Sequence record: NC_061448.1
Length of the DNA stretch: 64,000 nucleotides
Reading direction: 5' to 3' (one strand)
Shown here: positions 62,802-64,000 of the stretch, piece by piece
Numbering within the stretch: position 1 is the stretch's first letter
Layout of the letters: every line of letters begins with the position of its first letter
The notes under the pieces: model-generated
What the model was told of the DNA's origin: nothing
The model's database searches: none
Seen by the model: only the letters and a program-made list of their open reading frames with translations
Program-made: the position numbers and the translations under genes

Positions 62802-63461
62802 TTATTTTTTCTGTGAAACGCGTTTTCCGAGCTTAACGCCGATTTGAGTCAGGATGCGTTTGACAGTCTCGCCGTCGTGTTCTGCCATTGCAGAAGCTAA
62901 ACGTTCGCCCTGTTCGCGCGATAGCTCTGGCATAACCATTTTAAGCATCTGCGAACGCATCTTAGCAGACTTCGAGCGCCCTTTTGAGACAGACACGCCC
63001 TCGTTCGCAGTCAACGCACTACTAATCGCTTTCTGCACACGACGATCACCGAAAATGTCGCCGAATACATCACCGAACAGGTCTTTGAACGACAGTCCGC
63101 CGCTCATAATGTCGTTCTTAGTGAAACGAACAGGCTGTCCGAGTGCATTCACTTTATCGCAATGCACGGACTCAACTTCATTCGTTGTGCGTCCACCAGC
63201 ACGGAAGTTCTCGTCAGGGCGTGACGCTTTGCCCTCTGCGCCTGGCTTAGTGTTGCCGTTACGCAGATCTGCATCGCCTTCGACAGCTTTATCAGGGTCA
63301 AACATGTCGTCAGCTTTCGCGCTCTGATTCGCGTCGAACGGAATCTTACCTGTCAGCTTGTTTGGATCTGGCCAGCTATCAGGAATGTCAGACGCAGGCT
63401 GAGGCTTGTTTGTCATATCGCCGTTCGCTTCACCGCTCAAGCTAATCGTAATACGTGCCAT
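62802..63461 (-). CDS. Hypothetical protein with MARITISLSG N-terminus (candidate head protein)
   Basis: AGGAG SD before ATG at 63461; low-complexity Pro/Asp/Ala N-terminal half. Confidence 0.65.
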   Translation of the reverse strand: MARITISLSGEANGDMTNKPQPASDIPDSWPDPNKLTGKIPFDANQSAKADDMFDPDKAVEGDADLRNGNTKPGAEGKASRPDENFRAGGRTTNEVESVHCDKVNALGQPVRFTKNDIMSGGLSFKDLFGDVFGDIFGDRRVQKAISSALTANEGVSVSKGRSKSAKMRSQMLKMVMPELSREQGERLASAMAEHDGETVKRILTQIGVKLGKRVSQKK

Positions 63462-63471
63462 TGTTTTTCTC

Positions 63472-63999
63472 CTAGAGAATTTTGAAGCCTTTGAAAATGT
63501 TGTACGCAATCTCTTTGCGCTGTACAGGACGAGTGACGCACACCCATTCCCACTGATCGTTCTTCGCTGTGCGTTTCTTCGGTGCTTCCATTACTTTCAG
63601 CACGTAGTTTTTGAAAGGCAGAACGAGAATGTCTTCTGGTTCAATCGCACCGCTACGCGCTGGCAGCACGACCGTGATGTTACCAACAGTCAGCTCCTGA
63701 TCGTAGTTTAACACGTTTGCTTCTTCGCTCATGTTGCCCTTGACAGGCGGAACACCCAAGTCGAAGATCATTGTGACGTGCGTGAACGCTTCAATCCCTT
63801 TGATGCGAATCGTTACGTGCTTGCCTCGCCACGGCTCCAGATTCTTCGCTGTCAGTTCGACTTCAACGCCGTTCACAAGCAGCATAGGACGTGGGAAAGC
63901 AGGTAACATACTTTCGTTTAGACGTACCGAATAAGTCGCCTGCGTAAAGTATTTTGGGATAAGCTGATCAAAATCAGCGTAACCTTCTTTGCGAACTTG
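63472..63999 (-). CDS. C-terminal part of a probable virion (head-completion/neck-like) protein, 5'-truncated by the window
   Basis: The frame stays open from the track's ATG at 63909 to the window edge (QVRKEGYADFDQLIPKYF...). Function is inference. Confidence 0.55.
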   Translation of the reverse strand, partial: QVRKEGYADFDQLIPKYFTQATYSVRLNESMLPAFPRPMLLVNGVEVELTAKNLEPWRGKHVTIRIKGIEAFTHVTMIFDLGVPPVKGNMSEEANVLNYDQELTVGNITVVLPARSGAIEPEDILVLPFKNYVLKVMEAPKKRTAKNDQWEWVCVTRPVQRKEIAYNIFKGFKIL

Positions 64000-64000
64000 T

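Noticed and set aside
29511-63509. ORF-track start codons at 9968, 30128, 39369, 41427, 44033, 54197 and 63509
   Set aside because: These starts extend into terminators or neighbouring genes; downstream starts with SD sequences or family-conserved N-termini were preferred.
1-64000. Stop-codon reassignment or a diversity-generating retroelement
   Set aside because: Genes tile densely in the standard code and end in TAA, TGA or TAG; no reverse transcriptase and no TR/VR-like DNA repeat pair. MQY similarity is at protein level only.

Overview
This is a 64-kb segment of a large lytic (jumbo-type) myophage genome. Every credible gene is on the minus strand. From the left end it holds: a tail module (fibre-like paralogues, a 1336-aa Ig-repeat protein, contractile tail sheath); DNA-metabolism genes (UvsW-like SF2 helicase, beta-clamp-like protein, family A DNA polymerase with an N-terminal UDG-like domain, 1950-aa SNF2 ATPase, HNH, SbcD, SbcC, DnaX-like clamp loader); basic or histone-H1-like proteins; cell-wall enzymes (GH108, Tlde1/DUF2778-like); nucleotide-handling enzymes (DHH, SLOG, HAD, ART-like); and many unknown ORFs. 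The gene content recalls Erwinia/Dickeya Y3/JA11-like jumbo phages (from memory, not verified). I found no tRNA, rRNA, CRISPR array, integrase or reverse transcriptase. The main unexplained signals are: (1) a short N-terminal peptide, M-[QE]-I-x-V-S-L-S or S-x-S-A, shared by about 10 otherwise unrelated proteins and conserved only at protein level, a candidate capsid-targeting or maturation tag; (2) a second, minimal family-A-polymerase-like ORF next to a CTAC-repeat intergenic region; (3) a ~300-nt multi-helix non-coding element; (4) a five-member dispersed MQY paralogue family with conserved ends and variable cores; (5) a 9-mer, CTGTAAATA, found upstream of DNA-metabolism genes. All family assignments come from motif recognition by eye; no database search was run.
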